From assembly GCA_965112735.1 (NCBI GenBank), contig OZ218952.1, positions 3,038,001-3,102,000 on the forward strand: a DNA stretch of 64,000 nucleotides, given 5' to 3'. This document shows, piece after piece, positions 46,186-59,000 of the stretch. Within the stretch, counting starts at the first letter, position 1. Each line of letters opens with the position of its first letter. Under the pieces are notes generated by a model. That model ran no database searches, was not told where the DNA came from, and saw only the letters and a list, made by a program, of their open reading frames with translations. The stretch is from Phaeosaccion multiseriatum. Taxonomy: Eukaryota; Protista; Ochrophyta, other classes. Position numbers and translations under genes: made by a program.

Positions 46186-46902
46186 ACAGAAGCAGGGAAG
46201 CGGGGGGCAAGGTCAGGGACGCTACCGAACCGAAGGACGGTATACATACATGTGCACACTCCAAAAGCACCAACAATGCTTCGCCCCCAAAAACGCCCCC
46301 CCGGAGAATGCTCCTTCCAACACCGCCTCCTTCCCCCCCTGGGACACAGGCTTCACCCTCTCCCCCCCTGGGACCCCTCCGAATCCCTTCTGACCACACC
46401 CCGTGTACACACAACAATGGGGAACGTATACTTACGCCAGCGCTGAGGTGGCTGCATACTTGGACCACATGCCCTCTCCCCCCTTCACGTCCTTGTCGCT
46501 CCCCCTGAGGCTGCGGCACTTGACGAGAAGGCTGAAGGGCAGCTCGGTGTCACTGACGTCCAGCCACAGAGCACGGTCCTTGCACTGAAGCAGCTCCGTT
46601 CGCCGGAGAACCGCCTGTGTTTTTGTGGTGTCGTGCGTGTGTGTGTGCGTGAGTGAGCGTGTGCGTGAGTGTGTGGTGAGAGTGTGTGTGCGTGTGTGTC
46701 TGTGTGTGCGTCTGTGTGTTAGTAGTCGTTGTAGCAGGTACTGTTAGTGGCGCTAGTGGAAGGAAGCCAGGAGTACCGCAAGGAGAGCTCTTGCCGCTAG
46801 AGCGGACGGACGGAGAGAAGGAGGAAGAGGGGGAGGAGGGAGGAAGAGGAAGAGGAGGAGGAGGAGGAGGAGGTGGAGGAGGAGGAGGAAGAGGAAGAGG
46901 AG

Positions 46903-46949
<47 letters not shown>

Positions 46950-46959
46950 TAGTAGCAGC

Positions 46960-47056
<97 letters not shown>

Positions 47057-48671
47057 CGTAGTAGTAGGAGGAGGACGACTGATTGATGGAAGGAAAAAGG
47101 GGAGGCATAGTGTGCAAAAAAAGCAAGCAAAAATACCTACGCACCGTACATTCCATACGACAACAAAACAACAAACAAACAAACAACAACAACAACAACA
47201 AAAAACAATAACAAAACGAACAAACAAAAGAACGAACAAAACAAAGGCCTTATCACCCCATCCTCATCATCCTGCTCACCTCGCCCCCGTTGGACAGCGC
47301 CACTCTTATGACAGGCGTCTCCTTGCTCTCCTCTGTGTTCATATCATCTTCGTCCTCCATACCGGCATCGCCACCGCTAATGCTTCCGTGGCCGCTTAAG
47401 TTCGCCATGAAACCCGACGCTGTTTGAGGAGGCTGCTGCTGCTGACCGTTACTGTTTGCACTGGTGTTGAGGGAGGAGGAGGAGGAGGAGGAGGGGGGGG
47501 AGGAGGGGGAGGAGAATGAGGAGGAGGAGGAGGAGGAGGAGGAGGAGGAGGAGCATGAGGAGGAGGAGGAGGAGGAGGAGGAGGAGGAGGAGCATGAGGA
47601 GGAGGAGGAGGAGGAGGAGGAGGAGGAGGAGGAGCAGGAGGAGGAGGAGGAGGAGGAGGAGCAGGAGGAGGAGCATGAGGAGGAGGAGGAGGAGGGGGGG
47701 TGGGGGAATAGCCAGACGGCGATGGAAGTTTGTCAAGCGAGCTGCACCTTGACTTTGCTGTGTCACTTTCTTACCAGCCGCCCGCATTCGAAACCGCCGA
47801 AACGGCCCCGCCTCCCGCCAGGGACAGTTTCCTGTTGCTAAAGTCGAGGGCGTCGTTGAGAATGCCGATGCCCCCCCCGACCGTGGGAGTTGCCGCTGTC
47901 TCAGGAGGCATGTCAAACTCAAGTTCCTGTGTAGAAAGAGGGAGAGAGAGGGGAAGAGAGGGAGAGAGAGAGAGAGTGAGAGAGATGTAGTGTTAGACAT
48001 GTAGAGAGAGAATAGAGAGGGACAGAGAGGAGAGAGAGTGTGAGAAAGAGTGAAGTTTCGGGCGAGGGAAAAGGAAAGAAAAGGAGCGCGGGGTGTCCAA
48101 CATCATCCCAAGAGCCCAAGACACCGCCCTGGGCGTTGACACCCTCTCTCTGTCTCTGTCCTGACACCCCTCCTCTCCTGACTACCCCTCCTCTTGTCCT
48201 GACACCCCCTCACCCCCCTCACCTGCAACCAAGGCACTCTGTAGTGAGTGTGCGTGTCCACAATACTCCCGTCAGGCCCTTGCGCGAAGACAGACACGGT
48301 GCTAATCTTGGGTGGTGCGTGGTGGATGGTGAAGGAGATGGGCCTTCCTTTGCCGTCACTGCGCAGGAACCCTCCCACCAGCTGCTGCCCCCTGCGCCGA
48401 TATTGAGTCACTGGCGCACGCACTACACCTTTGCGGTTGGGCCGCACCTGGGGGTTGAGGTGGGGGTGAGGGTGGGGGTGGAGGTGGTCAAAGGCATGTA
48501 AAAGTGAGTGAGTGAGGGAGGGAGGGAGGGAGGGAGGGAGGGAGAGACGGAGAGAAGGAGAGAGGGAAGATGGGAGGGAGGAAGGAAGGAAGGAATGGGA
48601 GGGAGGAGGGGAGGGAGGGAGGAAACACCCACACCCACACGCACACACCCACCACGCACACACAACACACA

Positions 48672-48710
<39 letters not shown>

Positions 48711-50312
48711 TTTTGGCCACGAGGATGCAGTTATCCCCATACATAATTGGAGGCCCGACGGCACCATTGAAGCCGCCATGGGCCGCCCCCGGTGGTGGAG
48801 AGTTGGGCGCGGACCACACCCCACTACTCGTCCCAGCCCCGGTCCCACCCTCGTTCTTGAGCAATGTCATGAGCATGTGTCCTCCGTTGCCAAAGAGAGC
48901 AGGTCCGAGTCGGCCGTGCAAATGACCGTCCTTGTTGTTCCACACCATACCTCGGTCATCCACCATGCTGAACTCATGGCCAAAGTGGAGCAGATCACCG
49001 TCCTCCTTCTCGGCCTGGGAGGGGGCGACAGGGAAACAGAAGTGGGGTATAGGGGAGGGGGTGGGTGGTGTCAGGACAAGGCCGGTTGGGGAGGGGGGTG
49101 GTGTCCGGACAGGGTGGGTAGGGGCCAGGACAGGACGGGTCGGGGATGTCAGGAAGGGTGCCTACCTGAGGGTCTACAACCTTGAAGCACACCTCATGGA
49201 AGGTCCGTCGGTGTGCGGGGGGCACTGGGGGGATCACAAAGAGCTCCCCTTTACCAACGGCATGTCGCCTCCTGTGGGTGTGTGTGGGTGTGTGTGGGTG
49301 TGGATGTGAATAGAGGAGGGAAGGCGGGTGTGAGAAAATAGCCGAGAGACGACGCTACTTATACCATCTTCCCGTCCTGCATGCAGCTTTCAGTCAGAGA
49401 GCTCCAGAGAAAGTTCCTCCCTCCTCCTCCTCCTCCTCCTCCTCCTCCTCCTCCTCCTCCTCCTCCAACTACTACTGCTACTACTACTACTACTACTACT
49501 ACCACTACTACTACTACTACTCGTCCTCCTCCTTCCCCCCCTCCTCCTCCTCCTCCTCCTCCTCCTCCTCTCCTCCCTCCTTCTCATGGTACCCACCTGG
49601 AGACCCTCCGCATGTACCCAATGTATCCTCCGTCGTGCTCGTAGGAGCTATAGGCCCAAAAGCGGATAAAGTCTCCATACCGCACCCCTGTCCTCCCACC
49701 ACCACCACCTAACCCTCCTTCCCCGTCGTACTCCCCTCCTTCCCCATCGTCTGAAAAGGCAGCGCTGACGCATGCCCTCTCGAGTGGTATCGGAGGCTGG
49801 AAGTCCGGATCCTCCGACAGAGGTCCGTTGGAAGCCTCTGCCGATCGGAGGCGGTGCATGGGCTGAGCGCGGGGGTAGTTGATGTCGTCAGTGGTCATGC
49901 TGCGCCGTTGGCTGTGTGGGTGAACGGGAAGAGAAGGAGAGGGAGAGGGAGAGGGAGAGGGAGAGGGAGAGGGGGTACAGATGGGGTTTTAGCGTGGAGT
50001 GGAGGTAGTGTTGCATTGCGATGCTGATGGAGGAGGAGACGACCATATACACGTAAGCAAGTAAGTCGCATCATGCAGCGAGCGAGCGTGAGGACTGACG
50101 TCGGGTTCGTTCGCGAAGGTCTGACCATAGCAAGCTGCTTTTTCGACGGGCGTTCTTCACTTCACCGACGCAACAACCGACGCAACAACGACAACAACAT
50201 CAACAACAACAACAATAACAACAACAACCACAACAACAACAGCAACAACAACAGCCACAACAGCAACAACAACAGCCACAACAGGAACAACAACAACAAC
50301 AACAACAACAAT

Positions 50313-50364
<52 letters not shown>

Positions 50365-51172
50365 CCAGCAACAACAACACCAACATCAACAACACGACCA
50401 CCAACAACAACAACGTGCTACACACGAGCCACGCGAGGAGCACCCCACCCTCAAAAGGTTTTGTAATGCACATCACAGCATAGGGGGAGTGGGAAGTCAC
50501 CCGTCACCCCACCAACCAACCGGTCTCACCCACTCACATTTCCTTGGCCTCTCCCTCCCCCGTCTGGTCACTCCGCCTCCTACGGAACAGCCCTCTCCTC
50601 CTTGGCTGTGGGTGTGGATGTTGCTGTTGCTGCTGGTGCTGCGATGACTGTGTCCCCGCAAACTCGAAGGAGTTTGCTCTGGTGAACGCATCGCCTGGGC
50701 TACTCCCAGAAATCCTGCCGCCCCCACCCCCCCCGCGACCGTTGGCCGGGCTGCGGCTGCTGTTGCTGCTGAAGCTCTGTGATAGACCAGACGACGAGCG
50801 ACTGTTTCTGGTCAGCCGGCCGCCCGGGCCTGCACTGCTACCGCCACTCGTTGCCCCTGCCCCATCTAATGGAGGCAAGGGACACGCCTTTCCTGCGTTT
50901 GGCGCTACTCCATTTCCGCTCGGGGCTGGTGGAAGACCACCCAATACCCCTCCCCGAGACGGTGCGTCCAGTTCCTGCTCCTGCTGCTCCTGCTGCTCCT
51001 GCTGCTGCTTCTCCTGCTGCTCCTGCTGTTGCTGCTGCTGCTGCTGGTTGGTGTTTGAGCCGCGCCTTTGCGATGCAGGCAGGGATGACCCCCGCCGTCC
51101 AGACTCTGGCGGAGAGAGTCCAGCTGGGATCGGCAACTGCTGCTGTTGCTGCTGCTGCTGTTGCTGTTGCAT
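43400..51172 (-). CDS. SEC14/CRAL-TRIO lipid-binding protein with a long N-terminal extension and a central hydrophobic hairpin (multi-exon)
   Basis: PLPGTFLIAEDGDE|GKAIQRWRDTLQWR (CRAL-TRIO N), YYEQLGKID, VMDMKGV, HYPARSECIYIINVPRWF, QLPREYGG. The upstream junctions I checked are phase-compatible (e.g. 50537->49911, 49597->49272) back to accATG at 51172. Exons around 46700-47930 are uncertain. Confidence 0.72.
45160..45317. repeat. Intronic ~36-bp minisatellite, about 4 copies
   Basis: GAGGAAGAGATGTTGCCGTGATGAGAGCGAGAGGAA recurs with AGATGTTG at 45171, 45207, 45243 and 45287. Confidence 0.85.
46904..47066. repeat. (AGT)n microsatellite (intronic)
   Basis: Long, nearly pure AGT run. It is representative of many intronic SSRs in the window, such as (CAA)n at 44143-44250 and 50170-50413. 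Confidence 0.9.
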
Positions 51173-52043
51173 GGTAGGGCTTCTATTGTGGCGCCTGGCG
51201 AACAAGCCTCTCCCACCGCCGGTCCTCTCTTCTGTTCCTGATACTACTAAGGCCTGAGGAGCTGGCGAGGCAGTCACAGCCTTGGCTGTGGAGTGCACCC
51301 TGGGCGGGCTGGGGGAGCGCGAGATGCCATCCGAGTCATACGCAAAAGGGTCCTGGTGTTCCGGACATCAAAGCAAGGTCGAACGATGGGGGTTGAAGAA
51401 AGGTCAGCGAAGTGACCAGACGAGTCACGTTTGCGAGAACTTTCAGGCGCTGCTTCGGCAGTGAAGAACACCCCCAAACATAAGGGAAGAGAGATGAAGC
51501 AGAGCAGAGATGGGCCGAGTTCTAGCGTAGAACGAGGCAAAGGAGAGGTTCCCTAACTCATGAAAGGAAGGAAAGAAAAGGGATAAGGGAGTCATGGGTT
51601 AGTCAGCCCCCCTCCTTGCTCACCTCTTTCACTTCCAGTGGTTTCTCAGGGTTAAAGCTTCTGATCCGCCTCATTGCTATCCACACATCGCCTCTCCCAA
51701 CTCCCCCGTGTTTCGGAAGAATCAGTCATTCACGCCTTCTTTCTCACAAGCCAGCCCATGAACGAATGCTGCGAACAGCACAGTCAGTGACTGAGAAGGT
51801 CAGAAGCTCCAAGAGGATGGAGTGTGTGTTTACAAGGCCTTCAAAGGAGAAACACGTTTCTTCTCCTCTTCTCGTTGTTGACGGCCCTCGGTCGAATGAT
51901 AGGTGAATGTCGTTGGGTATCCTCGGCTACTACCCCAACCTCGCTCGCCAAAAATTCACACCGGGGAAATTTGAGTTAAGGCTCAGATTCGCTTTTGTGG
52001 CTCGCCTCCCTCTGCTTCCAATCACGCTAGCAACGCGACGAAG

Positions 52044-55000
52044 ATGTCTCTCGTAAGTGTGGGGCGTGAACGGCAGGGAGATTGCAATGGAATCTTCGCG
52101 CGTTTGCTCTTTGGGGGTCCATTCGCTCAAAATGAAGAGAGATCTGGGGCTGCGGGGGGGTGTGGACGGAGAGGGGAGGAACCACAGGGAACGCGCGCGG
52201 GAGAGCTCATCTCCAGCCGGCCTGACTGTGTAGACGCATGACTCTTGATGTGCCGTATCGTGTGCTCTGTGGAGGGGCTTGCTACCTCTCTCTCTGTCGG
52301 GCTGGTGCCTCTCATCGGCTTGCAGCCTTCCCTCAATCCACCTCCCTCTCTGAGGGGGGAGCGGTGCAATGTCCAAGGAATGGCGAAGACAAAGGCGCTA
52401 CGGGCTGAATGACTTACACCCCACCTCCCTCTCCCTGGCGCTTCCCTCCCCTCCACTTGCCCTCTCCCTTGCAGACACTAGTAACGCCTCCGGGCAACTT
52501 CCGCGCCTTCAAAGCGCTCATCGCAGCGGAGTACAACAGCATCGAGGTACGTTGTACCTTCTCCTCAGTGGAGAGGAACAGGGGGAGGAATGTAGCGGAG
52601 GAAGAGGAACAAAACTTAATCGGGCCGCTCGCGGCTCGAAAAGCAGCAGGAGCAGTCAGCAAGATGGGGGTGTTAAGACTGCTCAGAAGGTCGCTCTCAT
52701 CAGGCAGACGTGTGTGATGTTGCGACCATTGGGCTCATATACTTCTGTGTGTGGAACAAGGCCACCACACAGTGCTGTGGCCACACAGCTTCATGTATCA
52801 GCAGAGCAAGGAAGAGTCTCACCTGTGCATGGACGAAAAATATCGACTGCTCTTCCCTCCCACCCCATGACGTCGTTTCCTATAGGTGGCCGTGGCAGAG
52901 TACAAGGACAATAAGAGTGCCGAATTTTTGGCACAGTCCCCTCTCGGTCGCGTGCCCGTACTCCAGACCCCCCAGGGCTCCATCTTTGAGTCCAATGCCA
53001 TTGCCCGGTATGTTGCCAAGATGAGGAGGGACACGGAGCTGTGTGGGGCCACCTTGTTCCAAGCAGGGCAGGTGGACTCCTGGATCGATTTCTGCGCGCA
53101 CGAGATTGAGCTGGCAGCCACTGTCTGGTACTACCCCGTCATTGGGTACATGCCTTACGTCGCAGCAGCGGTGACCAAGGCGCAGGAGGACCTCAAGAAG
53201 GCCCTGGGCGCTCTCGAGAAGCACCTGCTTGATAAGACATACCTGGTGGGGGAGAGTGTGACTCTTGCCGACATTACTGTGGTGTCTGCGCTTGTCTACC
53301 CCATGAAGTTGGTCATGGACGCTGACTACCGCAAGGCGTTCCCCTGCGTAACTCGGTGGTTCACTACCTGCGTCAACCAGCCCCAGTTTCAGGCCGTTGT
53401 CGGCAAGGTGAGGGAGAGGGGGAAGGGAAGGGAGGGAGAACTAAGGAGGGGAGGGAAGTGAAAAAAGGGGGTAGGGCAGGGGTGGGTGGGAAGGTCTGTA
53501 GCTGCGGCTCACGGGGAGATGGGGGAAGGGAGGGGACAGAAGAAAGATTTGAGGGGCCTTGAGGGGGGGACGATAGAGAGCTGCTCGGTACTATCGGGGC
53601 GCGGAGTAGGGAATGTTGATTTAGGTGAGGTTCTGTGGGCCAAAAGCGCTTCCCAGCCAGCTTATTTGTCGCTGCCAACGCGAACGTACCTTCTGTTTGT
53701 TTTGTTGTGTTGCGTGAACTGTATCTTGTAACTGTTCAGGTGGAGCTGTGCAAGACGGAGATGACGGCAGCAGGCGCACCAGCAGCAGCACCCGCCAAGA
53801 AGGAGAAGAAGAAGAAGGATGTGAGTCCGTCTCGTCCGTCCCTCTCGTCTCTTCGACCCTCTGGGGCCGTTCGCTGTTCGCTGTCGCTGAGAGGGAGAGA
53901 AGAGTGTTTCTCTCTCGCTCTCTCTCTCTGTCTCTCTCCACCTGCTGCCGTCGAACGCTCGCTCACACGCATTTGCTTTGCTTTCTCCCTTCTTTTGTCT
54001 ATCCTGCGACGCGGCTGCTGCTCTCTTTGTCTCTCTTATGTGTCTTGTCTGTGCATGCCATACACTGTACAGGCGCCCCCCCCTCCCCCTCCCCAAGAAA
54101 AGAAGAAGGTGCATCCCTTGGCGCTCCTGGACAAGGAGAAGCCCTCAGCCTTCATTGGGGACGCGTGGAAGAAGATCTACTCCAACGCCACCAAGTGAGT
54201 CAGTCAGTGAACCAGTCAGTTGTAGTCATCTGTTTCAGTCATCAGTCCTTTTAGTTTCTTGGGTCCGACGTATATATCGATCCGCTCACAGAGCTCCCAT
54301 ACACGTTCTGAAGAAGTGTGTGGGGGCTTACGTCAGTCCGGAGACTGGAGTCGAGACAAGAGGTCCTCACACCCATCCACTGCCATCCCCTCCCCTCACA
54401 GCTACGACGATGCCATGGCCACGTTCTGGGAAAGGTTCGACTCGGAGGGGTGGTCGCTGTGGGAGTGCAAGTATAAATACAACAAGGAGAACACACAGGT
54501 CAGTCAGTGAGTCAGTCAGTGAGTCAGTCAGTGAGAAGAAGTAATAATTTACTGATCCTCTGTGTCGATATTGCTGATCGATTTGTGGATCTACAGGGAT
54601 ATATCGATAATTGGCTGAGGTGTCACGAATTGACTGTGCGAAACTAACCTCCTCTCCGAACTGAACTGCTCTGTTTATGTATGTAGGTGTTCATGACCAG
54701 CAACCTTGTGGGTGGGTTCGTGCAGAGGTCGGGGGAGATCAGGAAGTGGGCTTTCGGAGTCATGCAGATCACAGGTGAGTCCTCGACAAATGAGTCCAGT
54801 CTGATCTCTATGTCTAGTCCAGTTCGAGGATCGACCTCAGGGGTGGCGGGAGACCTGCGTATTTTCACCCTACTGCATCACTCGAGTGGGCAGTGTGAAC
54901 AGAGAGTCACTGACGCCTCTCTGTAGGTTGGTGGGCTAGGGCTTAAGGGGGGAGGAAGGCCGGGTGGGGCCCCGACTTGGCGAGGAGCATGTATCTGTTG

Positions 55001-55356
55001 ATGATTTGCGCCCTGCGTTTTCACCACCCCTCACCGTACCTCTCCTCTCTCGCTCGCCTCTCTCTCTCTACCCCCTCTTCCACCTCCCTTCCTCCCTCCC
55101 TCTCTCTCTCTCCCTCCCTCTCTCTCTCTCAAAAGGAGACGAGTCCAAGAAGGACATCCGAGTGTCCGGCATCTGGCTGCTGCGTGGCAACAGCCCCGAA
55201 CACCTCATTGAGTGCAACGACGATGCCAATTGGTACGAGTGGACGGAGATCAAGGCCCCTGTGTCGGACAGCGATAAGAAGAAGGTGCAGGAGATGTGGT
55301 GCTCCGAGACTGAGGTTGAGGGCCAGCCTGTCCTGGACTGCAAGGTGTTCAAGTAA
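52044..55356 (+). CDS. EEF1G: Translation elongation factor 1B gamma (8 exons)
   Basis: Micro-exon MSL|TLVTPPGNFRAFKALIAAEYN; GST-like domain (SPLGRVPVL, IFESNAIARYVA, TYLVGESVTLADI, VTRWFTTCVNQPQF); EF1G domain (DAWKKIYSN, FWERFDSEGWSLW, FMTSNLVGGFVQR); ends DCKVFK. Confidence 0.95.
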
Positions 55357-56064
55357 ATGTAGAGCGAGCGAGTGGTGAAGCGAGCGAGTGGTACTGCCAT
55401 CATCATCGGAGGGTCATCGTCAGTGTTGGATGTGTTGGATGCGATACCCGGCCGTTACTTTGTTCTGTCTATGCAAGCCCTCTTACGATGTATGCCCTTC
55501 TTGGCCGAGTAGTGGAATGGGCCGGAGGAGGGAAGAAGCAGTGGCAGGACGACAGACGCCCCTTCTCTCTGCAGAAGAGTAGTTGTGGCTGGGGAGATTG
55601 GGGCGGTGTCTGTGAGTGAGTGAGTGAGTGAGTGAGTGGGCTCCTCGTTTCCGTCCCGCTAGACCAAAAATCCGACTATTCTATTTGCTTCATTATTTAT
55701 GCTCGACTGCTCGAGAGGAGTCCAACACTAAAGGGAGAGGCATATGAGAGGCTTTATTGACACTTATTAAAATCTTATACTTCGTAGGACGGAGTGGGCG
55801 AGGGGGGGGTGGGAGCAGAAAAAGGAAAAAAAGAAAAAAAAAAAAAGTGTGTTGGTTCTCCGACTCACAAGGACGACGGCAAGCACCTGCGCGGTTCTTC
55901 GTCTCCTTTTATTTCTCCCAATAAAGACACACGCTAGCGCCAGGAACACTGCCAACCCCAACCCCCTCCAACTCTTGCTTCCCTGCTGCCTCCCGTGTCC
56001 ACGGTGCTTGCAACTTTGGGTGAAAGCCCCGCTGAGATGGTGTGAGAGAAAACGTGGCTTCAAC

Positions 56065-59000
56065 ATGCAGTTCTGTCGAAAGCTCACTCCAGTGGGGAAA
56101 TCCCTCCTCCCTCGGACCGCGTACGCTTTGCGGCACGGATTCAGAGCTAACTCTGCCGGTGTACCAGCATCGCAGGCGCTGTTCTCAACTTCAACTGCCC
56201 GAGGGGCAGCAGCACGAGCTGAGGGGAGACAGAAGGGAGGTGACAAGAGGAGAGCGACAACGCCGCTGGCACCCTGCACCCAGCATCAGCTCTCCCCACC
56301 CTTGGTGTCAACACCAACCTTTTCTTTCTCCACGAGCGCTGCCACCACTACCACCTCAGCGCAGCCGCCGCCACCTCCCTTCGACAAGATCCTCATCGCA
56401 AACCGAGGAGAGATTGCGTGCAGGGTCATCAGGACTGCGCGTCGTATGGGCATCAAGACGGTGGCAATCTACAGCAGCATCGATGACGGGGCCTTGCACG
56501 TGCGAATGGCGGACGAGGCGGTGTGTGTAGGCCCGGCCCCTGCGCTGCAGAGCTACCTTGACATGGATAAGGTCATGGACGCAATCGTCAGCACAGGGGC
56601 GCAGGCAGTACACCCTGGCTACGGCTTCTTGAGTGAGAACATGGCCTTCTCGGCCGCGTGCGAAAAGGAGGTGAGAGGAGAACAGAAGGGGGGTGGAGTA
56701 GCCATGGTTCGTTCGCCTCACTGGTTGAGTGACTTTCACAGTGACTTGCAGGAAAGGGCAGGGAAGGGAAGGGACGGGAAGGAGGTTTGGAAGGCGAAAG
56801 GGGCTGCTCTGCTCCCTGTTTCTGCTCTGCTTGCTCTGCCCCTGTTGGTGCCCTCTCTGGCGGTCTACATGCTTGCATCCTCTGCTACTGCTTTGTCTGT
56901 GATTCATTCGTTTATCGTTCGCTGGCTGGCTCTAGCTTGCTTGCTTACTTACATACTTACGTTTTGTTTGCGTCTTCCGTGCCTTGCTCTTTTGGCTTGC
57001 TTACTTGCAGGGGGTCAAGTTTATCGGGCCTCCTGCCTCCGCCATTCGGGATATGGGAGACAAAATCGCCTCTAAGATCATCGCACACGACGCAGGGGTC
57101 CATACCATCCCGGGATACAAGGGAGAGATACGCGATATGGAAGAGGTGTGTTTGTGTGAATGTGTGTGTGTGAGAGAGAGTGGGCAGGGAGAGGGAGGGA
57201 GGGAGAGGGAGGGAGGGGAGAGGGAGGGAGGGAGGGAGGGAGGGAGGGGGGGAGGGAGGGAGGGAGGGAGGGAGGAAGAGAGGGAGAAGGAGGGAGGGAG
57301 GACGACGGAACATGCCTTGCCTCTCCCTCCCCACAACTGCCCGATACACCAAACGCACACAACTCTGCTCCTCTTCCTTTAGGCCGTGAGGATCGCCAAT
57401 GAGGTGGGCTATCCCGTGATGATGAAGGCCAGCGCCGGAGGGGGCGGCAAGGGAATGCGCGTCGCCTTCAGTGAGTCCGTGCGTGTGGAGGGATGGTGGG
57501 GGGGTTGTGGGTGGGTGGATAGTGAGTGACCTTCTGTGAGACATACCGGGGATGGACAGTGGGTGGAACCGTAGCGACGTACTGACTTACTGGGAGTGGA
57601 CTCGCGTGTGTGCCTTGTGTTGTAGGTTTGGCGTTGCCGGAAGGAGGGAGGGAGGGAGGAGTAGGGAGGGGGGGAGGGAGGGAGGGAGGTGGTGGAGGGA
57701 TAGGTGGGTGAGTAGTGATCTTCTGGGGCAGATGGTGATCTCCTGGGGAGGGAGGCCGGCGCGGAGGCCCCTATGGTGCCTTTGATTGTCTCTCTTATTG
57801 TACTCGTACCTGACCCGCCCTCCTCTCTCTCTCACTGTAAACACTCGTCCTACCCGACCGTTCCCAACAGACGACGATGAGGTGCGCGAGGGCTTCGAGG
57901 TGTCGAAGAGAGAGGCCATGAGCTCTTTCAACGACGATCGAATGCTCGTGGAGAGGTTTGTGGAGGACGGGCACCACATCGAGATTCAGGTAAGGTTCTT
58001 GTCCTTTCCTTCTCTCCGTTTCCTCTCTTTCTTTCTCTCCTCTCTCTCTCTGCTGCCTCTCTCTCCTTCTCTCTCTCTCTCACTCTCTCTCTCCCCCCCT
58101 TAGGTCGTCGCGGACAGTCACGGGAACGTTGCCGCCTTCCCGGAGAGAGAGTGCTCTGTCCAGCGGAGGCATCAAAAGGTGAGGGAAAGGAGGCGTTTCT
58201 CGAGGCGTTCCTCTCCGTGATCCCTTGCTCCCTCCTGCTCTTGCTCCTGCTTCTGCCGGTGTTTCTACCTTCCACTTGGTTGTGGTTCCGTCCGGTCCTT
58301 CGCTCTGCCCTGCCCAGATACCTTTACCCTATCCATACACCTCTACTCTGCCATCCCCTACCATCCCCTGATGACCATCCACTGCCATCTCTCTCCAGGT
58401 GTTGGAGGAGTCTCCAAGCGTGTTGCTTGACGACAAGACTCGCCGAGAGATGCAGCGACAGGCCATCCTCCTGAGCAAGGCTGTGGGTTATCGGAGCGCT
58501 GGGACGGTGGAGATGCTCTGCGATAACGACCTCAATTTCTACTTTCTGGAGATGAACACCCGGCTGCAGGTTAGTGGAGAGGAGGGGGAGGGGAGGGGAG
58601 GGGAGGGAGGGAGGGAGGGAGGGAGGGAGGGAGGGAGGAAAGGAGAGAGGAAGGGAGGGAGGACTCTCTCTAATTCTCTGCCGACGCTGCGAAGCGAGGG
58701 ATGAGGGCACTAGCTCTCTGGCGAATGGGATGTGCAGTGTTGATGACTGTATGTCGCCCTCTTTCCCTCCCCCCCGGGTCAGGTGGAGCACCCCATCACA
58801 GAAATGATCACGGGCTTCGATCTCGTGGAAGAGGTACGACAGACTTTAGGCACACTGAAGGACAGGCTGCTGCCTTGCCTAGCTCAGCGCTTGTTCGTGT
58901 GGTGTGGCCCATTCTTTTGTCACTCTCTTGCTGCCCCCCTTCCCTGCCACGCACCCCATCCCGCGCCACCCCCATCTCTTCCCATTCCTTCCCATCCACT

